This document shows positions 1 through 12,800 of a stretch of 64,000 nucleotides of DNA, piece by piece. The notes beneath the pieces are model-generated. The model was not told the origin of the DNA and did not search any database. It was given only the letters and a program-made list of their open reading frames with translations. A program made the translations under genes and the position numbers. Positions within the stretch are counted from its first letter, which is position 1. Each line of letters starts with the position of its first letter. This DNA comes from Eledone cirrhosa (Eukaryota): positions 227,912,001 through 227,976,000 of the forward strand of contig OZ024742.1 of the NCBI GenBank assembly GCA_964016885.1, written 5' to 3'.

Positions 1-1
1 T

Positions 2-630
2 GAACTAAAAGGACAAAAAGACAGTTCAGTACTATATGAACACGCCAGACTAAGACATGATGGTAATCTAGACAACATAGAAATTAAAATAATATCTAAA
101 CATAGAAATGACTCATCAGGTAGACAAATCAGAGAAGCAACTGAAATAGAACTAAGAAAACCGAAATTGAACAGAAGACATGAATGGAATAACAACAACC
201 ATACACAAACACACAATAGTGACCTAAGATAAATATAAATAAATATACACAGGTACAATAACAACAACCACACATAAACAGAAAATATGCACACAAACAG
301 AGACGACAATAAATAAATAAATAATACAATAAGTAAACATTACAACGGGAGGAAACATAATAGTATCATTGATGATGTCACAGGTGTGTGACAAAAGAAC
401 TCTGAGAGACTATATATTTATATCTATATTTTTAAACTGTTGGTCAATCAATGATAAACATTGATTGTCAGCTAAATTAACTATAGGGATATAAAATATA
501 CGGAAACAAAAACCAATCCAAACCAAACAGTGAGTGTGTTTTATATATTTTTGGCAATATTATAACAATATGACCCTTCCCAAATATAACAATATTTGTT
601 TCAACACGATTTCATATCAAAAACCTTGTA
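2..630 (+). mobile_element. 3' end of a Penelope-like element (GIY-YIG C-terminus plus pseudo-LTR)
   Basis: Frame +2 reads ...SSVLYEHARLRH...RQIREATEIELRKPKLNRRHEW...*, resembling PLE endonuclease C-termini. Bases 350-590 are homologous to 43324-43570 and hold a degenerate hammerhead core (TTGATGA-t-gtcaca-ggtg-tgtgac-AAAA). Confidence 0.65.
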
Positions 631-1915
631 AAACAAATTCATCGCCGTATATATATATATGTATACACACACACACACGGTTACATGTTACCAGTAGCAC
701 TCAAGAGTGACCCTACATACATCCCCACTAACATACTAACATCCCTCCCTTCTTCTCCTCCTCCACCCTCCTTATCACACGCACACACCCACCGGCACAT
801 ATATACACGCGCTCACACTAAACACACACCCTACTACCACCACTAACCCTCACCCCCACCCCACAACTAACCTCACTAACACCCCCTGACCCCAAACACA
901 CGCACCCACCCCCCAACTCTACACACCCTACCACCACTCACACCTGCATTCAACCCTTCCCCACCTCCCGTATACTAACACCCCTTCATCAAACTACACA
1001 CACACCAGTACACCACACTCCCTCCATAGAACTACACACACCCTTCTCTCCCCGCTCCACACTCACTCATCCCACTAACACCTCTACTAATACACACACA
1101 CACACCCTCCTCACTCCAACTTTCACACCTACCCATCCTCGCCCCTTTACCATTCCACTGACTGCTGCTATGCCCTCTGACCACCTCCCAGCACAAACAG
1201 ACACACAGCACTCCCACTGCTTGACCACTTCCTGTTGCGTGCGCACCCCACATCTCTCCTCTTCTGACCATCGCTTCATGGAATACTCGTATGTGTAACT
1301 TGACCACCACAGAATCCACTAAACATCATAGGATTTTACCAACTTTTCAGCCATCCTCTTACGTAATCACCTATATAACTCACCCACACCCCCCAAAAAA
1401 TTTTTTCTCCACACGCCACCTACACCCACAACACGCTTAAACCCCACACACGTGCTTTCCACCACATATTTACACCCTCAGCCTCCTGATTCCTCTCCCC
1501 CCACCCCTCTATCCACACACGCACAGACACTCCGACCTACAACCCCCCCCCCCCCCCCACACACACACCTCTTCCTGAACATGCAACCCTGTTCTTCCCC
1601 CAACCCTTACTTTCACATACACACACACACACACACGTACACCTACACACACACCACCTTCAGCCCTCCCCGCTCGGACACCCCATCTCCCTCTCCCCAC
1701 TCCACCCGCCCACACCCCACACCCTTCCACCACCTGTTTTACCCCCCTTTTAATTTCAGTTTATTTTGATCATGCTTTTATATTTAAATTTATTTCATTC
1801 CTTGTATTTTGATCATGCTTTATTTTTATTTTTAATTTCATTCGCACTGTTTCCTTTCGCTATATGTCTCTCCACCACTCCCCCACACACCCTTTGAACT
1901 CTGTTCCCACACACT

Positions 1916-1951
1916 TCTCACCTGAGGAAGGGCTTATGCCCGAAACGTCGT
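1916..1951 (+). ncRNA. Minimal hammerhead-ribozyme-like motif in a PLE-type pseudo-LTR
   Basis: ac-CTGAGGA-a-gggc-ttat-gccc-GAAAC-GTC-gt, with AATAAA ~35 nt downstream and then (TA)n. Stem I is only 2 bp. Confidence 0.55.
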
Positions 1952-2038
1952 TCCCACCAACACCCCACTCTCCAGTGCGTGAAATTAATAAACATTCGTT
2001 GTACTGCGTCTCTGTTTTGTTCCTGTTCAAATTTTTCC

Positions 2039-2076
<38 letters not shown>

Positions 2077-2089
2077 TATAGAGAGAAAA

Positions 2090-3060
2090 GGTGGAATTGG
2101 AAAGCACGGAATATTATTTAAGGATCTGTTTTTCTTTTTTTCTTTTTTGATTCATCAAAGTAAGATTATTGAAAAAATGAGAGGAACAATCTTTTTAAAA
2201 AAAAGGAGTTTTATAATGTATATAAAATATAACCGGGTTTGATGTATCAGTGTGAACCATCTTATCAAATGTTGAATATTACAATTGAAAAGAATTAAAA
2301 AGAATAAAAAAATTCAAAATTCAAAATTAAGTGTTGAAAAGGTCTGTTCATCTTTCTTGTGAAGACTGGGTCTAAAATGGACCCTTATATATAGAGAGAG
2401 AGGTAGTCATAGTAGTAGTAGTAGAGGTAGTGTTGGTAGTTGTGTTTTTTCACAGAACAAAATTATTTTTAGGACTAGTCTCAATTGTATTAAAGGATTG
2501 GTCAAGAGTTCAGAAGGGGGTGGCGAAGGGGGGAAATGTAAGCTAGGGAGAATTGCTATAGGGAAGAGAGGTAAATGGGATTGTCAAAAGAAATTCTATT
2601 TTAGGAATATGGTTTTAGAGAGTATGAGTGTGTTTGTGTGAGTGTGTATATAAACATGTGTGTATGTGTGTGTCTTATTGTAAGTGTGAAGGAATCAAAG
2701 CTAAGAGGAATATTTTTTGGGACACATGTATATACATATCGACAGTCGATCGACTTTCGTCAAATTAAATGTGAATTTTTGTCCTTCAATTAAGTATAGG
2801 CATGAGCCACAGTTTGTTCTTCTGCATTTTGCTACCGTAAGGTTGGAGATTGGTTTGTGTATATTTGTTCCAGTGAGAATGTGTTTTAGTGATTTGGGTT
2901 GCTTTTTACTTTTGATCTTGTCTGTTTCTAGGATTTTTTTTCCTTTTTTCATCTTTAAATAGAATGGAGAGGTTTTTATGTAGGTGGTCAAACATTTCGG
3001 TGTTTCGGTGTTTCTCTATAACCCGTTTTGTATAAAACCTTACTCCCTTTTCAAATACAC
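2090..3060 (-). mobile_element. Decayed Penelope-like fragment (Cys-rich linker before GIY-YIG)
   Basis: ORF 2701-2991 contains KQPKSLKHIL...KCRRTNCGSC, like the linker of Neptune-type PLEs. Both sides are flanked by (TA)n. Confidence 0.5.
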
Positions 3061-3061
3061 C

Positions 3062-3093
<32 letters not shown>

Positions 3094-3096
<3 letters not shown>

Positions 3097-4713
3097 ATAC
3101 TATAAAGCTGACGGCCGTATGTAAGTAACAAACTTTCTGCCAAGCGGCTGAACCAAACGGCACCAAATTTGCACCATAGATGTAACTTTTTCCAAGAAAG
3201 TGAGGGTACTTTTGTTTGCTGAATTTTGTTAAAAGATTAAAGACATTATTTAAATATTCACTTCTTTAAAATTTTCAAATGTCAGCACTTCCAGTTATAC
3301 AACATTCCTAACGTCTTGACGAACCAAAATATCATCTTCCTGTTTTCTTTCAGTTGCAACGTTTTTCGAAATATTTACTTCTGCGCTCACAGATTGATTT
3401 TTTTAGTTTCAGAGATATATATTTGTGTACAGATATTTTTGCATACACAAAAACAAAATATAAACAAACGTATTTATTTCACGAAAGCATAGACGGCTTA
3501 TCGTCATTGTTACTGCCGAGATGCCACCCAAAACGTCCCAGCCTGGTCGCAAGATCAGATTTTCCAGAAGAAAAAAATGTTATAACAAACGTATTTATTT
3601 TACAAAAGCACAGACGGCTTATCGTCATTGTTACTGCCGATATGCCACCCAAAAAGACCTAGCCTGGCTGCAAGATCAGATTTTACAGAAGAAAAAATGT
3701 AACTAGAGCAACAGAGAGACTAAGCTTCGCGCTTACCATCAACAAAGCTCAGGGTCAAACCCTAAAAGTGGCTGGCCTTCATCTGGGAAAACCATGGTCA
3801 ATTGTATGTAGGATGCTCTAGGTTGAGCTCGCCAAACAATCTCTTCATCTTTGCTCCCGAGGGCCGAACAAAAAATATTGTATACTCTGAGGCTCTAACA
3901 ATGTAATTTATGTATTTTCTGTTACTTGGAATTTCCATTATGGTTGTACAAATTATTGTAAAGTTTGTTAAAAAATTTGTTCTCTGTTCAACCTTTATTA
4001 TTGTAACTATCAATTTTCTTTAACGTACTGGCTAAGAAAAGAAACCTACAATGAAAGTTTACCCAAGCCAAATGTTGTATTTATTAACATTTCTATCTGC
4101 AGGTTCTTAGCAAGCTTACTGGCGCTTTAGTATGGTATTCAATTCTCATATCGTTTTTGATTGATATGGTACATATATCGCAGCTATTCATATGTTTGAA
4201 ACATTAGATAACGATTGCTGATGTATATTGTACGACAGAATTAGCTGAAAAATATTTTGAATGAACAAATAAAAGAGATATAAAAGAGAGATGTTTGTTG
4301 GTTGGTTCCTTCGCGTATCACACAAAAAAAACGGAAAGTGACAATCGAAAAGTATGTACAGGATTGGGATAAGAGTATATCTAGGAAATTTTATTAATAC
4401 TAATTTTATAACACCAAAGAAGAAAGACATACCACGTATGCTAACCAACCTGACTGCTATTTCTAGCAGGTTGGGAATCAACCAAGGGATTCTCTCTGTG
4501 AGTTCATTGTCAGTGATGATCGTGTTTCGCGGCTTGTCTCCGATTCCAATGGTGGTTTACACACACACACATATATATATACACAAACACACACACACAC
4601 ACAATACACACACACACTGTAAACAAGACAATGCATTCAATACAGACGTTGTCTCTTCTGCCGGTCTTCTCTTATCATTTGTTAACCTTGGCGAAGCTGG
4701 GTACCTCAGCTAG
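3094..4713 (+). mobile_element. Non-autonomous Helitron with PIF1 helicase remnant
   Basis: Starts TC (TCTATACTATAAAGC) and ends with a GC-rich subterminal motif plus CTAG, inserted between A and T. Bases 3717-3906 translate, with one frameshift, to RLSFALTINKAQGQTLK...HGQLYVGCSR...TKNIVYSEAL. Confidence 0.85.
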
Positions 4714-4789
4714 TATATATATATTGTTTAGAAAATAAAACATAAGCATAAGGACAATTCCCGCTCTTTGGCGGTCTGCTGTGGGTCAT

Positions 4790-6693
4790 ATATATCATCA
4801 TTATCGTCATCGTAGGGTAGTAGGGGCGGGGTGTATTTTTGTTAGAGGTGCCTACTGACTGTAGGTTTCGCTTTGTACTTAGGCAAGGCGGGTCTTCTGT
4901 ATTACTGTGTATCGCCAAAGATCTCGGTCCAGTGACATTGTCTTGGAGAGGTGTAAGTGTGTGAGGTCGGAGTTTAGCAAGTCGTCCCAGGTTTTTCTGG
5001 GTCTGCCTACTCCGTGGCTACCGTCTATTTTTATTGCCCTGCACTTTTTTATACAGCTGTCGTCTTTCATGCGCATCACGTGACCGTACCAACGTAGTCT
5101 TCTCTCGAGTAAACAGCATCTGATCCCTCTTATTCCTAATTTCTCCCTTAGTTCGTTTATGCTTTGCCGTTCACGTATATTACTATTACACATCCAGCGG
5201 AGCATGCAAGCTTCGTTCCTCTCCAGTCTGCGTATATCCTCTGCACACAATGCCCAGGTCTCACTGCCTTGCAACATTGCTGTTCGTATGCAGGCATCAT
5301 ACAGCCTGCCTTTCATTTTTAGTGAGAACCATTTAGCGGCCAATAGTGGTATAAGCTCTCTGAACTTTTTCCATCCTGTTCTGACTCTAGCTACTGTACT
5401 TTCGGAGCACCCTCCACCACTGCTGATTTTGTCACCCAGGTAACGGAAGGTGTCCACTATTTCTATAGAACCATCTGTGCAATGGAATGAGCTAGTATTC
5501 TGTGGGCACTTGCTGCTACTTATTGCACCAGAGCACCGGCCACATATAAAATCTATATTCTTAATTAGCTTACCTGTGATCCCACTACATTTTTTCAAGC
5601 ACCCATACATTGCATTTGGGACATAAAATTGAGTTTCTGCCTACTCCTTTCCTACACACTGAGCATGGCCATTTCCCAGATGGGACTGGTGCCCTATTTT
5701 CCTTCCTACATACTAGAACTTTAGTCTTAGACAGGTTAATTTTAAGGCCTTTTGATTCTAGGCCATGCTTCTATATTTGGAATTTCTTCTCTAGTTCGGC
5801 CATTGATTCAGCTATGAGTGTTAGATCATCTGCATATAGGAGTTCCCATGGGCAGCCAGTCTTGAACTCCACCGTTATAGCCTGAAGGGCAATAGTAAAT
5901 AGGAGGGGGCTAAGAACAGAGCCCTGATGAACACCAACCTTTACGCTAAACTCTTCACTATATTCGTTGTTAATTCTAACCTTGCTGACTGTTTCTTTAT
6001 ACATGGCTTGTATAGCTCTCACAAGCCATTCATCAATACCTAGTTTTCTAAAAGCCCACCAGATAATGGAGCGGGGTCTCTGTCAAAGCTTTCTCCAAGT
6101 CAACAAAAGCTAAGTATAGGGGTTTACTTTTAGCTAGGTACTTCTCCTGTAGTTGTCGTACAATGAAAAGAGCGTCTGTGGTACTTTTACCTGACACAAA
6201 CCCGAACTGCATTTCATCTAGATCAATTCGCTCTCTGATTAGTTGCGCTATTACTTTTTCTGTGACCTTCATGACCTGGTCGATTAATTTAATGCCTCTA
6301 TAGTTACCCCTATCTAGGGCATCTCCTTTACCCTTGTAGCAGTTAATGATGATGCTGCTACGCCAGTCCTTCGGAACAACCCCATTCTGTATGACTTGGC
6401 TTACTATCCGGGTGACCATAGTGTGTCCCACCGTTCCAGATGTTTTCAGCATTTCAGCAACTATTTCCGAAGGCCCAGCCGCCTTACCCGGCCGCCTTAC
6501 CCGTCTTCATATCTTTGATTGCCTTACTTATTATACTACCTTCAACTAGCACTGCTGGTCCCTCTATTGGATCGATGTGGGGGAGACTGTCTTTCTCCCA
6601 TTTATTCTCCTCATTTAGTAGCCTTTCGTAGTGACACTTCCAAGCTACCTTCTTATCAGCGTCAGTGATGGCAAGTACACCATCATCATTAAG
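4790..6693 (-). mobile_element. 5'-truncated decayed RTE LINE (subfamily B)
   Basis: ORFs 6048-6452, 5771-6022 and 4879-5610 match RT and C-terminal parts of the 56990-59857 protein (QGSVLSP, YADD, RLRWYGHV). Confidence 0.92.
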
Positions 6694-6937
6694 GACAGAG
6701 TGGGCGATCCAGTTGGTATATCGGGAATCTGGGTTTGATAGATTCCGTGGTGTTGTTGCCGAGAGTCGATATCCATTTTAGTTGGTAGGCAGATTACGAC
6801 AAATTATGGCTCGACATAGAAACGAATTTCTGTCGGGCTGCCTACCAACTAAAATGGATATCGACTCTCGGCAACAACACCACGGAATCTATCAAACCCA
6901 GATTCCCGATATACCAACTGGATCGCCCACTCTGTCC
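6693..6937. repeat. 100-bp inverted repeat at the 5' end of the Penelope element
   Basis: 6693-6792 is the reverse complement of 6838-6937, with a 45-bp spacer. Confidence 0.95.
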
Positions 6938-7551
6938 ACCGCCTGCCAACCGCGAGCTTGAAGAAAAACTCTCGAGGCTAAAACATTCCGTATTTAACAT
7001 CTTACGGAAACAGAAGAAGATAGCCCCAAACCTCTCCAGGACACAACAACTCGCCCTGAAGAACCTACGGAATAGGGAACTTATATACTTACCATCCGAC
7101 AAAGGTAAAGAGTTTTGCGTCATCTCTCAAGCCACATACAACAACCTAGCCTTTGAACACCTAAGCAACAATGAATTATACACAGAGATCCCGGACATGA
7201 CTGCAGCCCAGATCGAATTACAGACCAACTCCATCTGGTTCGATATCTGTAGGAGAAGACAACTCCCAAATAAAGTTCTACCACCTTTCTACCCACAAGA
7301 ATAGTACTAAGACGCAAATAAGACCCATCGTCTCTAGCATAGAAGGACCCCTATACAAAATTTCCTGGCTCCTCTCCCAGGTCCTCAAGCCTCTACTCTC
7401 CACCTTTCCCGGGCATGTCAGTAGCTCCGATGAAGTCATACGTAGACTACACCAACTCCAGCCAGAACAAATTAAACGAAATAAATACGCCTTTAGCCTA
7501 GACGTTGTCTCCCTCTACACTACAGTCCCCGCTCATCCAGCTGTCGATTTA

Positions 7552-8700
7552 TTGACGGACTGCGTGGTCGCAGAGGACATCCACTGCTACGGCCTCCACC
7601 CGACGGACACACACCAGCTTTTGTCCTTCACAGTAGACAACACTTACTTCACCTTCCACCACCACACATACAGCCAGACAACAGGATTACCCATGGGATC
7701 CAGCCTATCGGGCCTGCTGGCCATCACCTACATGAACCAGCTAGAATGCCGAGCCCTCAACACCTGCCATTCCCATACCTTCTTCACCCGATATGTAGAT
7801 GACATACTCATCCTCACATCATCCCGTGGGGAGGCAGATAAAATATACACAACATTCTCCATCATGGACGCCAGTATAAAGTTCAGCATGGAACACCCCG
7901 ATGACCGCGGATCCCTATCCCTACTGGACTTCCAACTCAGGGTAACAGAGGAAGGCAACATCCACACCTGCTTCTATAAAAAAGCCGCCAGCAGGGACCT
8001 GTTCGTACATTTCAGATCGGCCCTCCCACTCGGTGCCAAGTTCGGATACATAAGGAACGAACTGGCACGTATCCGGAACAAATGCACCAACGCTAGAGAC
8101 CGAGACACACACACCACACATTTCCTGGAAGTACTCAAACTGAACGGATACACGACATCCACCACAAACCGTGCCAGAAAGAACAGAGGACATCACACCC
8201 GAGGCACTAACACTTGCTTCCTGAAGCTCCCACACTTCAGTGAAGAAACAACAACAGCCATCCGCAGAGCTATCAGACGAGAGGGACTAGATATCCAACT
8301 GGCCCACTCAGGTCCTTCTCTACGCGGACAGCTAACCAAAAGACACTCCACCAGACATGACAACTGCTGCAGACTAGCCAACTGCCTCATCAACGACACA
8401 GACCTATGCCACCAGGCTTACGTCGTATACAGACTAGAGTGTGACAAATGCAACAACTTCTACGTAGGTAGCACCACCAGACCACTCCACATAAGAATAA
8501 AAGAACACCTCAATACTAACGCTTCCTCATTTAAGAAACACCTAGTTAAATGCAAAAACACCGACAAAACCATAACAGTTAGGATAGAAACTAAGGAAAG
8601 AAACCTCGGCAATCTTAGAATTAAGGAAGTACTAATTATAGATAAAACACAACCACCAATCAATAATAGACTAGAACTCAACACCCAATTTATAACCTGA
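7552..8700 (+). CDS. Penelope-like RT C-terminal half plus GIY-YIG endonuclease
   Basis: GLPMGSSLS, RYVDD, LSLLD, and VVYRLECDKCNNFYVGSTTRPLHIRIKEH. Confidence 0.88.
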   Translation: MTDCVVAEDIHCYGLHPTDTHQLLSFTVDNTYFTFHHHTYSQTTGLPMGSSLSGLLAITYMNQLECRALNTCHSHTFFTRYVDDILILTSSRGEADKIYTTFSIMDASIKFSMEHPDDRGSLSLLDFQLRVTEEGNIHTCFYKKAASRDLFVHFRSALPLGAKFGYIRNELARIRNKCTNARDRDTHTTHFLEVLKLNGYTTSTTNRARKNRGHHTRGTNTCFLKLPHFSEETTTAIRRAIRREGLDIQLAHSGPSLRGQLTKRHSTRHDNCCRLANCLINDTDLCHQAYVVYRLECDKCNNFYVGSTTRPLHIRIKEHLNTNASSFKKHLVKCKNTDKTITVRIETKERNLGNLRIKEVLIIDKTQPPINNRLELNTQFIT

Positions 8701-9055
8701 TAGAGCTCCTAGCCCCATATTTACACACACCCCACACACACGCTTACACCTCCACTTATTCTCTCTCACACATACACACACAAAACCAGTTCTAACACCA
8801 AATAACACCTATCCCCTACATTTACGAATAGACATATCTTCTCACACTCACACACACACACTCACAAACTTACACCTTCATACACACTTAAACAGGCATG
8901 TATAAAAAAAAAAAAAAAACCCTTTTAAAGGGAGACTACTCTTTATCCACCTAATTTTAACTCTTTGACATTAGAGATAGAACAGATACTCTATACCATT
9001 TCCTGTCAGCATGACTTGGCAAGCTATTTAGAACACTGGTTTGAGAGCTCTACTT

Positions 9056-9092
9056 CCCTCTGAAGAAGAGATATTATTTCGAAAATTAAGGA
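9056..9092 (+). ncRNA. Minimal type I hammerhead ribozyme in PLE pseudo-LTR
   Basis: cct-CTGAAGA-a-gagat-att-atttc-GAAA-at-TA-agg: stem I cct/agg, palindromic AATT stem III. Confidence 0.65.
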
Positions 9093-9205
9093 CATTTAAA
9101 TAAATCTAAGGTAAAAGACTAATTGTCAACAATATCTTTTGCACTTGCATTCTTTATTCTATGTCCATACCTGCATTGTTTTGGCTTTATTATACATATA
9201 CAAAC

Positions 9206-9259
<54 letters not shown>

Positions 9260-9879
9260 GTCTACAAATCAAGAAGGTATTTGGTTTACCTCTATGAATC
9301 TGTAAAGCTTTCAACTTATCCCAGCTATCCATAGGATTTTTCGTTTCTTTCAGGTAATTCTGTGCACACTTTGAAAATGCTTTGTATACATTATTTCCTT
9401 ATTTTCCCCAATGTATATTTTGTCTATTTTTGAAATAAACCACATTGGTATATTCTGCCCCGATCTCTCTCCATATTCTAACTCATCTCAATCAATCCAT
9501 CATTTAGTCGGTGGATGTCTTTAAAATTCTCGCACATACGCCTTGTCAAATATGCTTGTTTGTATCTGCTCATTTCCCCCCGAATCTTCAGCAATGATAT
9601 ACGCCATGATGGTCAACAGTCAACGGTCAACAGTTGACATGATAGTGATTTTGACGATTTTGATTTTGATTTTGATTTTGACTTTGATTTTGATTTTGTA
9701 TCAGTACTGTCGGTAATATATGTATATATATATATGTTTGTGAGTGGTGTGCGTGATTGTATGCATGAATGAGTGTTGGTATGTGTGGTTGTGGTTTGTA
9801 TGCATGAGTATTAGTGTGTGAGTCGTGTCAATAAGTTTCCTTTTTTTTTTTTTTTTTTTTTTAATGACCATGCTGTAAA

Positions 9880-12800
9880 ATGGAGGGGTAGAGAGGGCCC
9901 TTGAGTCTAGTAAGACATCCTCTCTAGTGCTGGTGGCACAAATAAAAGCACCCAGTCCATGCTGTAAAGTGGCGCTGGTGTTAGGAAGGGCATCCAACCA
10001 GTGTATCAATGCCAAAAAGCTTATCAGCACAGCAACAAAACAGCATAGAAAAATATGAAGACGTCGCATCTCAGAGTTGCAACACTTAATGTTGGCACTC
10101 TCAGAGGTAGGTCTGCTGAAATAGCGGAGATGCTGGAGAGAAGGCAGGTGGATGTGTGCTGCGTGCAAGAGGTGAGATGGAGGGGTGCCTCTGCGAGACT
10201 AGTCGTAGGCAAGCGTCTTAGCTATAAGCTATTCTGGGTAGGTAAGGATGATGGGTTAGGGGGAGTAGGCATTTTCCTGGCTGAGAAATGGATCAATAAG
10301 ACAATAGAGGTAGTTCGAGTTAGTAATCGAATAATTAAGCTTAGATTAGTTGTAGGTAGGAGACTACTGACAATCATCTCGGTCTATGCTCCCCAAGCAG
10401 GCCTAGGCAAAGATGAGAAAGACTGCTTTTATGAGCAACTTTTGCAAACAACCACAATGACAGAGGACGGAGACATCGTTATGCTAGCAGGAGACTTCAA
10501 TGGTCATGTTGGACAGCTCCAGGATGGTTACACTGGGGTACATGGTGGGCACGGTTACGGTTCAAGAAATGAAGAAGGAGTGAGACTTCTTGAATTTTGT
10601 GATGCAAGTACATTGACTATTTGCAACACAAACTTCCAGAAACCTGCCAATCACCTAATAACCTACAAATCTGGTGAGCACATAAGCCAGATTGACTTCC
10701 TGCTAGTTAGGCAGCGGGACAGGCAGATAGTGTCTAATACCAAGGCATACCCTGGGGAAGAATGTACCCCACAGCATAGGTTAGTTGTTAGTGATATCTC
10801 AGTAAGCAAGAGATGGAATGAGACATATAGGAAGGTGTGGAGAAGAAAGGTCTGGAAGCTAAAAGACCTTTCACTAAAATTCAAATTTAGGAAAGCCCTT
10901 CAAGATGTATATGACGAAAAAGAAGACGATTTAGAGACGTATGACATAGATAATAACTGGAAGTTCTTACGTGACAACTTGCTGAAGGCTACTGATGAAA
11001 CCTGTGGCTGGAGCAGAGCTCCAACCAGACAGAGAGTGACCTGGTGGTGGAACAGCAGTGTAGATAAGGCTATTAGAGACAAAAGACTAGCATGGAAGGC
11101 TTGGAATAAGGGTGGGAGTAGGGAAGAATATACAGCCACTAAGAGAGAAGCTAGACGTCAGGTGTACTTAGCACGCAGGGAGGCAGAGAGTAGGAGGTTT
11201 GCCAATGTTCTGCGACGGGAAGATCAGAGGCGTGCGGTGTTCCACATTGCAAGGCAGTGTGTCAATGCAAATCAGGATGTTGTTGGTGATAAATGTGTCC
11301 GGGATGATGCCGGTGTACTTAGTGTCACGAATGACCAGAAAAAGGAGGCCTGGAAATGTCATTATGAGAGACTGATGAATGTGGAGAACGAATGGGAGAG
11401 AGAGAAATTACCCTTGGTAGATCCGACAGAGGGACCAGCTATTGAGATTGACGAATATAGGGTCCAAGAGGCGATTAGGGAAATGAAAAATGGTAAGGCG
11501 GCTGGACCATCGGGAATAGTTGCTGAGATGCTGAAGGCATCAGGGGACGTAGGCACTAAACTGGTTGCACGCATAATCAATCAGGCTATATATGGTGGTG
11601 TCATACCCAAAGACTGGTGCAGCAGTATTCTCATAAATTGCTACAAAGGTAAAGGGGATGCTTTGGAGAGGAGCAATTATAGGGGTATAAAACTGATAGA
11701 TCAGGTTATGAAAGTGGCAGAAAGGATTCTAGCACAACTAATTAGAGAAAGGGTCAAACTAGATGAGATGCAGTTTGGTTTTGTGCCTGGGAAGAGTACA
11801 ACAGATGCCCTCTTCTTGGTGAGACAAATGCAAGAGAGGTTCTTAGAGAAGAATAAGCCACTATACTTAGCCTTTGTTGACCTAGAGAAGGCCTTTGATA
11901 GGGTACCCCGATCTGTCATCTGGTGGTCCCTAAGGAAGCTGGGTGTTGAGGAATGGCTTGTAAGGACAGTGCAAACTTTGTACAGAGGTACTCTCAGTAA
12001 AGTCAGGGTAGGAATGGAGTTTAGTGAGGAATTCCAGATACAAGTAGGAGTACATCAGGGTTCGGTCCTCAGCCCGCTCTTGTTCATTATAGTCCTCCAA
12101 GCCATAACAGAGGAGTTTAAGACTGGCTGTCCATGGGAACTTCTCTATGCTGACGATCTGGCTCTTATGGCAGAATCAGTAGAGGAGCTAGAGAATAAAT
12201 TCCGGCTATGGAAACAGCAGTTGGAAGCAAGAGGACTGAGAGTAAATCTAGCTAAGACAAAAGTGTTGATGAGTAGAAAAGAGGACAAAACCCTGATTCC
12301 GTCAGGGAAATGGCCATGTTCGATATGCAGAAAAGGAACTGGCATAAATTCTATAAAATGCACACAATGTAGGTCCTGGGTACACAAGAGATGTAGCGGG
12401 ATAGCAGGCAAACTAACAGGTAGGGAGAAATATGTATGCAGTAGATGTACAGGGAAATTAGACAGTCGAAGTCGCACTGATAGACACATTTTTCAAATGC
12501 GAGAGGGCGCTATAGAAGTGGTGGATAGCTTCCGGTACCTAGGAGATCAGATTAGCATGGGAGGAGGGTGTTCCGAGGCCATAGTATCTAGAATAAGGAC
12601 GGGTTGGAAGAAGTTTAGGGAGCTGCTTCCTCTGTTGACGAAGAAGGGTTTCTCCCTGCGTACGAAAGGCCGGTTGTATGATGCCTGTGTGAGGAGCGCG
12701 ATGCTGCATGGTAGTGAGACATGGGCAGCTACCGCAGAAGATATGCGACGGCTGGAGAGAAATGAGGCAAGCATGCTCCGTTGGATGTGCAGTGTAAATG

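Larger units (their letters stand above)
6693..9207 (+). mobile_element. Penelope-like retroelement (RT + GIY-YIG), 5' inverted and frameshifted
   Basis: SDKG motif at ~7095, RPIVS, LDVVSLYT, then the ORF at 7552-8700. A pseudo-LTR with hammerhead and AATAAA follows, ending at (TA)n. Confidence 0.9.

Noticed and set aside
660-1770. Pro/His/Thr-rich and Gly/Val-rich ORFs
   Set aside because: Products of C/A-rich low-complexity sequence.
2225-2280. Possible minus-strand hammerhead remnant
   Set aside because: Both core boxes are altered; not supportable.
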